Source of the DNA: Vulcanimicrobiota bacterium
GTDB taxonomy: Bacteria > Vulcanimicrobiota > Vulcanimicrobiia > Eremiobacterales > Eremiobacteraceae
Direction: 5' to 3'
Assembly: GCA_963812135.1 (NCBI GenBank)
Contig: CAWETU010000001.1
Coordinates: 512,001 to 576,000, forward strand
Length of the DNA stretch: 64,000 bases
Shown here piece after piece: positions 51,848-61,143 of the stretch. A model generated the notes under the pieces. It was not told where the DNA came from and made no database searches. It saw nothing but the letters and a program-made list of their open reading frames with translations. Within the stretch, counting starts at the first letter, position 1, and every line of letters starts with the position of its first letter. The translations under genes were made by a program, and so were the position numbers.

Positions 51848-53272
51848 ATTTCCGAAGATCAAGCATCGGCGGTGACGCCGAAGCGCCATCCGTTGACCGG
51901 GCACCGCGATGACCCCGAGCAGCTGCTCGCGGGCGTCATCGAGTTGTTCGTGCGCGAGCCGATGGCCACGCTCAATGTCGCCGATACATCCCGCACGCTC
52001 GGCACGACCCCTGCCGCGGTCGCCGAAGCGCTCGACACCCTCACGCGGTTGGGGGTCGCCAAGGCCCACCTCGCACCCGATGGCTCTCAATCCTATCAGC
52101 TGCGGTTGGCGGACAGTTTTCTCGACGTGCTCGAGCGCCTGACGCGCTTCTATACAGAACAATTGGAGCGGGTCGCGATCCTGCCGGAACGAGCGTTGCT
52201 CTCGAGCGGCGAAGTCGTCTCGGAGCTCGCGACGGTGCGCGCGTTACGCGCGCGAGTTGCTAGCCTCGAGACCAGCGGGGCGCTGCTGCAACGCAAGAAC
52301 CTCGAACTTTCCTTGCTTTACAGCGCGAGCTTGTTGCTCGCCAGCTCGATCGAGCCGATGACGCTCGCGCAAGGAGTCCTCGACGTCGTCGGCCCGGCGA
52401 CGAACGCGAAGGCTCGTGCATATTTCGTCGCGCTCGTCGATCAAGGCATGTTGACATTCCAGGGCGGTTTCAACATCGACAAGCGCACCGCGGAAGCGTT
52501 CCTGACCCGCCACGCGTCGCTCATCGACGCGTCGATCGAGAAAGGATCGCTCATCTCGATGCCGCGTCAAGCGCGTATCGGCCGGACTCCCGAGTCGCCG
52601 TTCGTCGTGCTGCCGCTTTCGAGCGGCCCTGGAGCGCGCGGTCACGGCTGCATCGCGATCACTGAGATCGCGGATGAAGGTCTGAGCAGCGACGATCTGC
52701 GCGTCCTCATGCAGCTCGCCGAGATGGGCGGGCGCAGCCTCGACAACGCGGAGATATTCACGCAATCGGTGTCCATCGGCGCGACCGACGAATTGACCGG
52801 CGCGCACAACCGCCGCTACCTTTTCCGCAGGCTCGCCGAAGAGATCACGCGCTCACGCCAAAGCGGGGCGCCGCTCTCGGTGTTCATCTTCGACATCGAC
52901 CGCTTCAAGCAGGTCAACGACGTGTACGGCCATGCGGAGGGCGATCGTCTCCTCAAACAGATCGCCAAGACCGCTGCGCAAGCGGTGCGCGACATCGATC
53001 TGGTGGCCCGGCTCGGCGGCGAAGAGTTCGCCGTCATCTTGCCCGGCACGAACATCGCGGACGCCCTGACGATCGCCGAACGCGTGCGAACCGGGATCGA
53101 AGAGCTCGGCTACGTGACTCAGGGAGGCGTCGCGCTCACGACCGCGGTATCCGCCGGCGTCGCCGCGCTGGACGAGAATCGGCAGACGCCTGCCCAGCTG
53201 CTCGCGGCAGCGGACGCCTGTTTGCTGGAGGCGAAGCGCGCGGGCCGCAACCGATCCATCGCCGCCAGGTGA
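51848..53272 (+). CDS. wHTH-GAF-GGDEF diguanylate cyclase (start ATT 51848 or GTG 51872)
   Basis: DELTG..NRR, DIDRFK.VND.YGH..GD, RxxD I-site (RDID), GGEEF; N-terminal HTH-like segment. Confidence 0.88.
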   Translation: MSEDQASAVTPKRHPLTGHRDDPEQLLAGVIELFVREPMATLNVADTSRTLGTTPAAVAEALDTLTRLGVAKAHLAPDGSQSYQLRLADSFLDVLERLTRFYTEQLERVAILPERALLSSGEVVSELATVRALRARVASLETSGALLQRKNLELSLLYSASLLLASSIEPMTLAQGVLDVVGPATNAKARAYFVALVDQGMLTFQGGFNIDKRTAEAFLTRHASLIDASIEKGSLISMPRQARIGRTPESPFVVLPLSSGPGARGHGCIAITEIADEGLSSDDLRVLMQLAEMGGRSLDNAEIFTQSVSIGATDELTGAHNRRYLFRRLAEEITRSRQSGAPLSVFIFDIDRFKQVNDVYGHAEGDRLLKQIAKTAAQAVRDIDLVARLGGEEFAVILPGTNIADALTIAERVRTGIEELGYVTQGGVALTTAVSAGVAALDENRQTPAQLLAAADACLLEAKRAGRNRSIAAR

Positions 53273-53751
53273 TGCCGATCTCGGTCCGCCCTGCGCGTCC
53301 GGACGACCGGCAGTTCATCGATCGAGCGGGGTCCGACAGCGCGATCACCAGCATCTCGCCGATCAGGCCGGCGCGCGCGGGCGACGCGGCCGCGGCGTTT
53401 CGGCGCGCGGCGGAGTTCTGCGCCGATCGGCGCGACGGCTTGACGCTTATCGCTGAACGCGACGGCGAGCGCGCCGGTTTTGTCATGCTGCTCTTCGAGC
53501 TTACGGATGACGTCACACTGCAGCAGCAAGCGTTCATCGTCTACATGGCCGTGGAGCCCGCTCATCGACGTGTCGGCATCGCGCGGGCGCTGCTCGGCGC
53601 CGCAGAGGAGGAGGCGCGCGCGCGCGGAGCGTCGCACCTTAGTCTGATGGTCACCGAAGCAAACGAGGCAGCCAGGACGCTGTACGAGCGCGCTGGTTTT
53701 CTCGACGAGCGTGTGCAGATGACCAAGAACCTCGACAAGGCGGCCCGGTGA
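53269..53751 (+). CDS. GNAT family N-acetyltransferase
   Basis: MAVEPAHRRVGIARALL, NEAARTLYERAGF. Confidence 0.9.
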   Translation: MMPISVRPARPDDRQFIDRAGSDSAITSISPIRPARAGDAAAAFRRAAEFCADRRDGLTLIAERDGERAGFVMLLFELTDDVTLQQQAFIVYMAVEPAHRRVGIARALLGAAEEEARARGASHLSLMVTEANEAARTLYERAGFLDERVQMTKNLDKAAR

Positions 53752-54851
53752 TCACGAGCTCGCCGAGCGGCGCTACAGTGAACTGGGGCGCGGTCGTCCG
53801 CTTCATCACCATCGCACTCGCGCTCGCCTTCGTCGTCTGGGTCCTCAGTCTGATCCCGAAAACCGTCGAGGTCTTCGTGATCGCCATCCTCATCGCGTAC
53901 GGCCTGAGCCCGGTCGTGCGCCGCTTGTCGCGCCGGATGCCGCGCGCGGCAGCGATCGTCGTCGTCTACGTCGCCTTGATCCTCGTCGCTGCGCTGTTCT
54001 TCTTGCTGATCATACCGGCCACGCTCGACCAGTTCCAAGCCGTGTTCGCGAACGCGCCTTCCTACGTCGATGCTGTGCGCCATTTCATCGACGCCATGCA
54101 AGTGTGGCTCAAACAGCATTTTGGATCGCTCGTCGCCACCAATCAGATCTCACAGATCGAGGCGACGAGCATGGGCAGGCTGTCGAACGGCATCGAGATG
54201 GCGATCGGCTCGATTAGCACAATCGCGGTCGGCATCGGCAGCGGCGTGGTCGTCGCAGTGTTCGGCGTGATGCTGTCGTACTTCATGCTGGCCAACAGCG
54301 ACTTGATCCGCACGTCATTCTACAGCCTTTTCCCGGACCACGCCCAAGCGCAAGCGCGTTTTTTTGCCAATGAAGTCGGCCGCGTCGTCGGCGGCTTTAT
54401 CGTTGGACAACTCATCCTGTGCGCCATCGTGTTCGTGCTGACGTATGTCGCGCTGCTCGTGATCCGATCGCCCTTCGCTTTGTTGCTCGCGGTGCTGGCC
54501 GGCATCTGCTACGCGATCCCATACTTCGGCGTGGCCATCGCGTCGGTGGCGGGGTTCTTGATGGGCGCATTGACATCATGGCGTGCCGGCTTGTTCGTCG
54601 CCGTGATCATCATGGTCACCAGCAAGATCGCGGATTTTCTCGTGCCGAAGATCATGGGCGACAGCGTCGGCGTCTCGCCGATCGCGATCATCTTCGCGGT
54701 GTTCGCGGGCGGCGAGCTGTTCGGTCTGTGGGGATTGCTACTGGCGATCCCAGCCGCTGCGTTGTTCAAAGTGGTGTGGACTTTGTGGCTACACCCGTGG
54801 CTGACGGGCCGGCCGCTCCTCATCGCGGAATTGCCGGGCGAAGCGGCCTAG
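53748..54851 (+). CDS. AI-2E family transporter
   Basis: Multi-TM; AYGLSPVV, IPYFG, PKIMG..VGVSP, GGELFGLWGLLLAIP. Confidence 0.92.
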   Translation: MITSSPSGATVNWGAVVRFITIALALAFVVWVLSLIPKTVEVFVIAILIAYGLSPVVRRLSRRMPRAAAIVVVYVALILVAALFFLLIIPATLDQFQAVFANAPSYVDAVRHFIDAMQVWLKQHFGSLVATNQISQIEATSMGRLSNGIEMAIGSISTIAVGIGSGVVVAVFGVMLSYFMLANSDLIRTSFYSLFPDHAQAQARFFANEVGRVVGGFIVGQLILCAIVFVLTYVALLVIRSPFALLLAVLAGICYAIPYFGVAIASVAGFLMGALTSWRAGLFVAVIIMVTSKIADFLVPKIMGDSVGVSPIAIIFAVFAGGELFGLWGLLLAIPAAALFKVVWTLWLHPWLTGRPLLIAELPGEAA

Positions 54852-54879
54852 GTCTTTGAGGGCGCGACAGACCGGCGCG

Positions 54880-56574
54880 TCACATCTTCTCTGGAGCGGA
54901 CACGCCGAGCAAACCGAGCGCTGAAGCGAGCACGGTCTTGCTCGCGATGCACAGCGAGAGTCGAGCGCTCGACGTCGCATCGTCCTCACCGAGGACGATG
55001 CACTCTGTGTAGAAGCTGTGGAAGTCGGTGGCCAGGTCGCGCGCATACTCCGCGAGCCGATGCGGCGCACGCGCACGTGCCGCATCCGTCACGGTCCGCG
55101 AGAAGTCTGCGAGCCGGCGAATGACGGCGATCTCGGTCGCATGGTTTAAGCGCTCGAGATCCGCGCCGGCACGCGCCCGCTCGAGCAGCGCTGCGCGTCC
55201 GGTCTCCTCCGCCTTGCGCAAGATCGAGGCGATGCGCGCGTGGCCATATTGCACGTAGTAGACCGGATTGTTCGAGGATTGCTCGACCGCGAGCGCCAGG
55301 TCGAACACCAACTGCGACTCGGGCGCACGATTGATGAAGAAGAACCGTGCGGCATCTTTGCCGACTTCGTCCACCACGTCGCGCAAGGTGATGACCTGCC
55401 CCGCGCGCTTGCTCATGGCGACCGTCTCAGTGCCGCGTTTGAGCGTCACCTGCTGGGCGAGCAGCACTTCGAGCATGCCCGGATGGCCGAGCGCTGCGGC
55501 GACCGCCTTGATGCGCGCGAGATAGCCGTGGTGGTCGGGGCCGAGGATGTCGATGAGATAGCGGTTGCCGCGTTCGAATTTGTCGCGGTGATACGCGGCG
55601 TCGGGCGCGAGATAGGTCGGGCGTCCATCGCTGCGGCGCAGCACGCGGTCTTTGTCATCGCCGAATTGCGTGGAACGCAGCCATACCGCGCCGTCTTTCT
55701 CGTACGCGACGCCGCGCGCCATCAACCAGTCGACGACTGCGTCGACTTTGCCGGCTTCATAGAGCGACGCCTCCGAGAACCACCGGTCGAAGACCACGCC
55801 GAAATGCTCGAGATCCTCGCGTTGCTGCGCGACGATGGTGTCGCGCCCGAACTGCGCGAGCGCGCGGCGGCGCTCGTCGGCGGGGGCGTTCAGCCAGCGA
55901 TCGCCGTCGCGTGCGCGCAGCGCCTTCGCGACGTCGATGATGTCGTCGCCTTGATAGCCTTCCTCTGGCAACGGCGTCGGAACGCCGCACAGCGTGGCGT
56001 AGCGCGCGAAAATCGAGTCGGCGAGCAGATCGAGTTGCGCGCCGGAATCGTTGACGTACGTCTCCGTGCGGACCTCGGCGCCTGCGAAGCGCAGCATACC
56101 GGCCAGCGTCGCGCCGAGCGAGCTCGACCGGCCTTGCACGACGTTGAGCGGGCCCGTTGGATTGGCCGAAACGAACTCGAGCAGGATCGGGCCGGTGCCC
56201 GCAAGCGCTTGCGATCTGCCGAACGCGTCGCCGAGCTCGAGGGCCTCACGGACCACATCCGCCCAGAAGGCCGCCGTCATGCGCAGATTGATGAAGCCCG
56301 GCGCCTTGACTTCGATCGACGCGACGCCGCCCATGCGCGCAATGCCGTCCGCGGCGACGTGCTGCGCGATCTCGAGCGGGTTGCGCTTCCAGCGCTTGCC
56401 GGCGGCGAGCGCGGCGGCGGTCGCAAAGTCGCCGTGCGACGGATCGCGTGCGGGCGCGAGCGCGACCTCGTTCGGCGCCGATTCGCCGGCACCGAACGTT
56501 GCGGCCGCCTTTGCGAATCGCGCTTGCAGCTCGGCGTCAAGCGCTGCGAGCGACTGCGAATAGCGCGTCGTCAT
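54880..56574 (-). CDS. argS: Arginine--tRNA ligase
   Basis: GDFAT, PGFIN, EFVSANPTGPL, GPDHHGY, MSKRAG, YVQYGHAR. Confidence 0.97.
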   Translation of the reverse strand: MTTRYSQSLAALDAELQARFAKAAATFGAGESAPNEVALAPARDPSHGDFATAAALAAGKRWKRNPLEIAQHVAADGIARMGGVASIEVKAPGFINLRMTAAFWADVVREALELGDAFGRSQALAGTGPILLEFVSANPTGPLNVVQGRSSSLGATLAGMLRFAGAEVRTETYVNDSGAQLDLLADSIFARYATLCGVPTPLPEEGYQGDDIIDVAKALRARDGDRWLNAPADERRRALAQFGRDTIVAQQREDLEHFGVVFDRWFSEASLYEAGKVDAVVDWLMARGVAYEKDGAVWLRSTQFGDDKDRVLRRSDGRPTYLAPDAAYHRDKFERGNRYLIDILGPDHHGYLARIKAVAAALGHPGMLEVLLAQQVTLKRGTETVAMSKRAGQVITLRDVVDEVGKDAARFFFINRAPESQLVFDLALAVEQSSNNPVYYVQYGHARIASILRKAEETGRAALLERARAGADLERLNHATEIAVIRRLADFSRTVTDAARARAPHRLAEYARDLATDFHSFYTECIVLGEDDATSSARLSLCIASKTVLASALGLLGVSAPEKM

Positions 56575-56631
56575 ACGGCTTCATTGGCAAGAAGCCGCGA
56601 CGCGCCCTCCGCTCGCAAGCGATTCGATCGT

Positions 56632-57072
56632 TCAGCGGTGATACGGTTCGCCGCGATTGATCTTGACCGCGCGGAACAACTGCTCGAGGGCGATCAGCCT
56701 CGCCATCTCGTGCAAGAACGTCAGCGGCGAGAGCGACCATCGGAAATCGGCGCGTTTGAGCGCCGACGCGTGCAAGCCGTCGGGTCCGCCGATGAGCAGA
56801 GCGAGCCGCCGCCGGCCAGAGCGCTGCGCGTCCGCCAGCCGGGTGGCAAGCGCCGGTGACGACAGCGCTTCGCCCTCACGATCGAGCGCCCACACGATGG
56901 TGTCCGGATCGATGCGCGTCAACATCTTCTCCGCTTCGGCCTCCATCGATTGCGGTTTGATCTCGACGATGTCGACCGGCAGATACGGCGCGAGCTTCGC
57001 CGCGAACCGCTCGCAGCCGGTTCGCAGATACGGCTCGCGCATCTTGTCGACGGCGAGGATCGTCAGGTTCAT
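56632..57072 (-). CDS. rlmH: 23S rRNA (pseudouridine1915-N3)-methyltransferase
   Basis: IGGPDG, WSLSPLTFLHEMAR, EQLFRA, GEPYHR. Confidence 0.95.
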   Translation of the reverse strand: MNLTILAVDKMREPYLRTGCERFAAKLAPYLPVDIVEIKPQSMEAEAEKMLTRIDPDTIVWALDREGEALSSPALATRLADAQRSGRRRLALLIGGPDGLHASALKRADFRWSLSPLTFLHEMARLIALEQLFRAVKINRGEPYHR

Positions 57073-58181
57073 GCGCCGCTGTTCGCCGTCGCGTGGCTCC
57101 CCACCGCCGCGTACACGCCGCCGGCGCCGCGTTCGACGAAGCCCTGCAGTTCCAGCACGACCAGTTTGGCGGATAGATCGGCGACGCTCTCACCGGTGAG
57201 CGCCGCGAGCTCGTCGATCGCGCGTGCTTGACGGAGCAGCTCTAACAACGGATCCGGCTCCAGCGACAGCTGCGTCGCGCGACCAAGCGCAAGGTCCCAC
57301 CGCATATGCGTCGCAACGTCTGCGGCCGACGTGATGAGCGGTATCCCGTCAGCGATCAACGCGTTCGTGCCTTTGCTCGTCGCGCGTCCAACGTCTCCAG
57401 GGATGGCGAAGACCGCGCGTCCGAGCTCGTCGGCTAGGCGCGCGGTGATGAGCGCCCCGCTGCGCGTGCTCGCTTCGACGACGACGGTCGCGTGAGCAAG
57501 CGCGGCGACCACTCGGTTGCGCATCGGGAATTGAAACGCTCGCGCGCACTCGTCCGGCGGGAATTCCGAGATGACCGCACCGCCTCGCTCGACGATCTCG
57601 TCGGCGAGCAGCGCGTGATAGCGCGGATACAGCGCGCGTATCCCTGAGCCCAGCACGGCGACCGTCGGAACGCCGGAGTCGACCGCGCCCTTGTGCGCCG
57701 CCGCGTCGATGCCGCGCGCGAGCCCCGACACGACGGTCGCGCCGAAGGCTCCGAATTCGGCGGCTATCGATGCTGCGACCGAACGTCCGTATGAGGTTGC
57801 GGCCCGGCTGCCGACGATCGCCACTGCTCGCGCGCGCAGGCATTCAAGATCACCGCGGACATAGAGGACGAGCGGTGCGTCGCACAGGTCGAAAAGTGCG
57901 GCCGGATAAGCGGGGTCGGAACGAAGCACGATGCGCGCGCCGGAGCGCTGTGCGGCTGCCAGCGCCGCGCGTGCGACCCCATCGTCGATGAGCGCGAGGC
58001 GAGCTAGGGCTGCCGGTGCGAGTTTTTCGACGCCGGAAGGGGGCTCGCCGCCCTCGCGATGGACAAATTCCAATATTGCGCGCGGCGAGCCTAAGGCCGC
58101 GAGCCACGCCGCCAACGCACGTGGCGACCACATGCCCGCGGCCGCGACGGCGAGTAGATAGCCGGGTTCGAGGTCGTCCAT
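57069..58181 (-). CDS. dprA: DNA-processing protein DprA
   Basis: AIVGSR, VSGLARGIDAAAH, FPMRNR, SGALITA, GTNALI. Confidence 0.95.
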   Translation of the reverse strand: MDDLEPGYLLAVAAAGMWSPRALAAWLAALGSPRAILEFVHREGGEPPSGVEKLAPAALARLALIDDGVARAALAAAQRSGARIVLRSDPAYPAALFDLCDAPLVLYVRGDLECLRARAVAIVGSRAATSYGRSVAASIAAEFGAFGATVVSGLARGIDAAAHKGAVDSGVPTVAVLGSGIRALYPRYHALLADEIVERGGAVISEFPPDECARAFQFPMRNRVVAALAHATVVVEASTRSGALITARLADELGRAVFAIPGDVGRATSKGTNALIADGIPLITSAADVATHMRWDLALGRATQLSLEPDPLLELLRQARAIDELAALTGESVADLSAKLVVLELQGFVERGAGGVYAAVGSHATANSGA

Positions 58182-58235
58182 GGGATTGTACTATCACGCG
58201 GCACAGCTGCGATGTAAATGCGCGCGCAGCGCGCG

Positions 58236-58940
58236 TCACATCAATTCGAGCAGCTCGTCGAGCGAAACCACGCGCGGTGCGCGATCGAACTGCGGATGCG
58301 CGCCTTCACGGTCGAGCAGTGCGGCGCGCAATCCCGCGGCGAGCGCTCCTTCGACGTCGTGTCCGGGCGAATCGCCGACGTGGATCGCGTGTTCGGGCGC
58401 GACGCCCGCGCGTCGCAGCGCTTCGAAAAAGATCTCGGGATGCGGTTTCTCCCACCCGAGATGCGCCGAATCGAGCACGAAATCGAAGTGATGGTGCAGC
58501 TCGACGCTGCGCAGGACGTCCTCGAGATCGCCGGTCCAGTTCGAGATGATCCCCAGCTTGATGCCGCGCCGGCGCAACGCTTCCAGCAACGGCCGCACTT
58601 CGTCGTAGACTCGCCAGCTCAAATGCGCGGTGAAGCGTCGATAGACCGCCTCGGCGCGATCCGCGTCGCGCGGATCGACGGCGCAGATCGACAGCAGTAC
58701 GCGATGATAATCGGTCCAAAAACGGTCGACGGCTTCCATCGAAAACGGCTGCTTTTCGCGGGCCGGCGTGCGCGGCGCGAGCATTTCGGAGGCGACTCGA
58801 ATGCCTTCGCGCAGCCTCGAATGGTCGATTTCGATGCCCAAATCGGCGCAAGAACGCAAAAAGTTGGTCTTTTGGTCCGGTTCCATGCAAAGGAGCGTGT
58901 AACCGGCGTCGAAAAAGACTGCCCGTGTGGTTCGGTCCAT
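58236..58940 (-). CDS. HAD-IA family hydrolase
   Basis: FFDAGYTL, ISNW, EKPHPEIF, HVGDS..HDVEGA. Confidence 0.9.
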   Translation of the reverse strand: MDRTTRAVFFDAGYTLLCMEPDQKTNFLRSCADLGIEIDHSRLREGIRVASEMLAPRTPAREKQPFSMEAVDRFWTDYHRVLLSICAVDPRDADRAEAVYRRFTAHLSWRVYDEVRPLLEALRRRGIKLGIISNWTGDLEDVLRSVELHHHFDFVLDSAHLGWEKPHPEIFFEALRRAGVAPEHAIHVGDSPGHDVEGALAAGLRAALLDREGAHPQFDRAPRVVSLDELLELM

Positions 58941-59015
58941 GCTGGAGGGGCCTTCGAACTCCAGCCGGGCGGTCCTTCGCATGTCAGGGCCGGCCATCTC
59001 GAGGGAGCAAGATAG

Positions 59016-59162
59016 ATGCCCGAAGCGTATTGCGTGAAATGCAAGTCCAAGAGAGAGATCAAAAATCCCGCGCAGATCACCATGAAGAACGGCCGACCTG
59101 CCGTGCAGGGCGAATGCCCGGTGTGCGGCACCAAGCTGTTCAAGATCGGGGCCTCCAAGTAA
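59016..59162 (+). CDS. 48-aa DUF5679-like zinc-ribbon protein (not in ORF track)
   Basis: MPEAYCVKCKSKREIKNPAQITMKNGRPAVQGECPVCGTKLFKIGASK; SD GGGAG. Confidence 0.85.
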   Translation: MPEAYCVKCKSKREIKNPAQITMKNGRPAVQGECPVCGTKLFKIGASK

Positions 59163-59194
59163 CCATCTTCCCGGCGAGCCGGGCGCGCTGACAT

Positions 59195-59647
59195 ATGGTG
59201 TGTCCGGCTTGCCGCAACGGCGACACGCGAGTCATCGATAGTCGCGACGACGAGACCGCTGTCCGCCGCAGGCGCGAGTGTCAATCGTGCCGGCATCGAT
59301 TCACGACGTACGAGCGCATCGAAGCGGCCCGCCTCTTCATCGTCAAAAAAGATGGGCGGCGCGAGCCGTACAACCGCGACAAAGTGCTCGCCGGATTACG
59401 CAAAGCGTGTGAGAAGCGCCCTATCTCGGAGACGCAGATGCAAGAGGTCGCCGACGGCGTCGAGCGCGAGCTCTATGCGCGCGGCGAGAGCGAGGTTCCG
59501 ACGGAGAAAGTCGGCGAGCTCGTCATGAGCGCGCTCAAGCGGCTCGACAAAGTCGCCTACATACGTTTCGCTTCGGTCTACCGCTCGTTCACCGACCTCA
59601 ATTCGTTCCAGGAAGAACTCGCGCAGCTGCTTCCTAAGAACGAATAG
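59195..59647 (+). CDS. nrdR: Transcriptional repressor NrdR
   Basis: CPAC, VIDSR, RRRREC..C..RFTTYE, ATP-cone, AYIRFASVY. Confidence 0.97.
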   Translation: MVCPACRNGDTRVIDSRDDETAVRRRRECQSCRHRFTTYERIEAARLFIVKKDGRREPYNRDKVLAGLRKACEKRPISETQMQEVADGVERELYARGESEVPTEKVGELVMSALKRLDKVAYIRFASVYRSFTDLNSFQEELAQLLPKNE

Positions 59648-60099
59648 TGGACGTCGCGGTCGAGATCACCGTGCTTCCCGAAGGCGTCGGCCTGCCGCTG
59701 CCGCAGTACATGAGCGCGGATGCCGCGGGCTGCGATCTGATGGCCGCCGTTCCTGCCGATGTGGTGCTTGCGCCGCATGCGCGCGCGCTTATCTCAGCGG
59801 GATTCTGCATGGCGCTGCCGCCAGGGTTCGAGGCGCAGGTGCGACCGCGCTCGGGTCTTGCGCTCAAACACGGTGTAACCATTCTCAATGCGCCGGGCAC
59901 GATCGATGCGGACTACCGCGGTCCGGTTTCCGTGATACTCATCAATCACGGCGCCGAATCGTTCGTCATCCGCCGCGGCGACCGCATCGCGCAGCTGGTC
60001 ATCGCCCCGGTGCAACACGCGCGTTTCGAGCAGCGCGACTCGCTGGCCGATACCGAACGCGCGACGGGGGGCTTTGGTTCGACCGGCCGTGGATCGTAG
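59647..60099 (+). CDS. dut: dUTP diphosphatase
   Basis: [36 protein letters not shown]. Confidence 0.97.
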   Translation: MDVAVEITVLPEGVGLPLPQYMSADAAGCDLMAAVPADVVLAPHARALISAGFCMALPPGFEAQVRPRSGLALKHGVTILNAPGTIDADYRGPVSVILINHGAESFVIRRGDRIAQLVIAPVQHARFEQRDSLADTERATGGFGSTGRGS

Positions 60100-60102
60100 C
60101 GC

Positions 60103-61143
60103 GTGCGCGTACTGATCGTCGGCGCCGGCGCGATCGGACGTTTCATGGCCGCGCGGTTGAAACTCGCGGGCCATGACGCGGTGCTGCTCGCACGGCCTGA
60201 CGGGGCGGCGCAACTCGCAGCGGGTTTCACCTTCGCGGCCGACGGCAAGCAATACAGCGTCACGGCGCCGGTCGCCACGGCTCCAGACGACGTGGCGTTG
60301 CGCGACCCCTTTGAACTCGCCGCGATGGCGGTAAAGTCGTTCTCGACGCCGGGCGCGATCGAGTCGATTCGCGCGATCCCCACGTGCGAGCGCGCGACGA
60401 TACTGACGCTGCAAAACGGCATCGGCAACGAAGAGCTTTGCGCGGCAGCATTCGGAGACGAGCGCGTCGTCGCGGGCGCGCTCACCACAGCTGTCGAAAA
60501 GGCCGCCGACGGCAGCATCGTCGCATCGAGCAAGGGCGGCCTGAGCATCGCTCCGCTCGGCAAGCTCCCGCACAACTGGCTTCTCGCCGTCTTTGAGAAC
60601 AGCGCGATCAAAGTCGCTGCAGCGCCAGATTGGCGCGCGCTGAAGTGGTCGAAGCTCTGCATCAATCTGCAGGCCAACGCCGTCTGCGCGGTTCTCGACT
60701 GGACGCCCGAGCAAGTCTATGCCGACAAGACGGCGTTCTCGATCGAGCGACGCTGCCTGCTCGAAGCCTTTGCGGTGATGACCAAACTCGGCATCACGCC
60801 GATCGCACTGATCGATTTTCCGGTGCCGCTGCTTCTCGCCGCTGCCCGAACGCTGCCCGAAGCGGTGCTGCGCCCAGTGCTTGCATCGCGCGTCGCCAAA
60901 GCGCGAGGCGGGAAGCTGCCCTCACTGCTCATCGACGCGCGGGCGCATCGCCCACGTACGGAAGTCGACGTGCTGAATGGCGCGGTCGCCGAACGCGCTG
61001 CCGCTGCGGGTGTCGCCGCGCCGGCGAACGCTGCGGTGGCGCGGATTCTGAATGGCATCACTGGCGGCTCGATCGATTGGGATACGTATCGCGGGAAACC
61101 CGCGGCGCTCGTCGCGGAGATCGACGGGGCGCATCCTCGTTAG
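60103..61143 (+). CDS. panE: Ketopantoate reductase family protein
   Basis: GAGAIG, AVKS, LQNGIG, KWSKL..N, TEVDVLNG. Confidence 0.85.
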   Translation: MRVLIVGAGAIGRFMAARLKLAGHDAVLLARPDGAAQLAAGFTFAADGKQYSVTAPVATAPDDVALRDPFELAAMAVKSFSTPGAIESIRAIPTCERATILTLQNGIGNEELCAAAFGDERVVAGALTTAVEKAADGSIVASSKGGLSIAPLGKLPHNWLLAVFENSAIKVAAAPDWRALKWSKLCINLQANAVCAVLDWTPEQVYADKTAFSIERRCLLEAFAVMTKLGITPIALIDFPVPLLLAAARTLPEAVLRPVLASRVAKARGGKLPSLLIDARAHRPRTEVDVLNGAVAERAAAAGVAAPANAAVARILNGITGGSIDWDTYRGKPAALVAEIDGAHPR

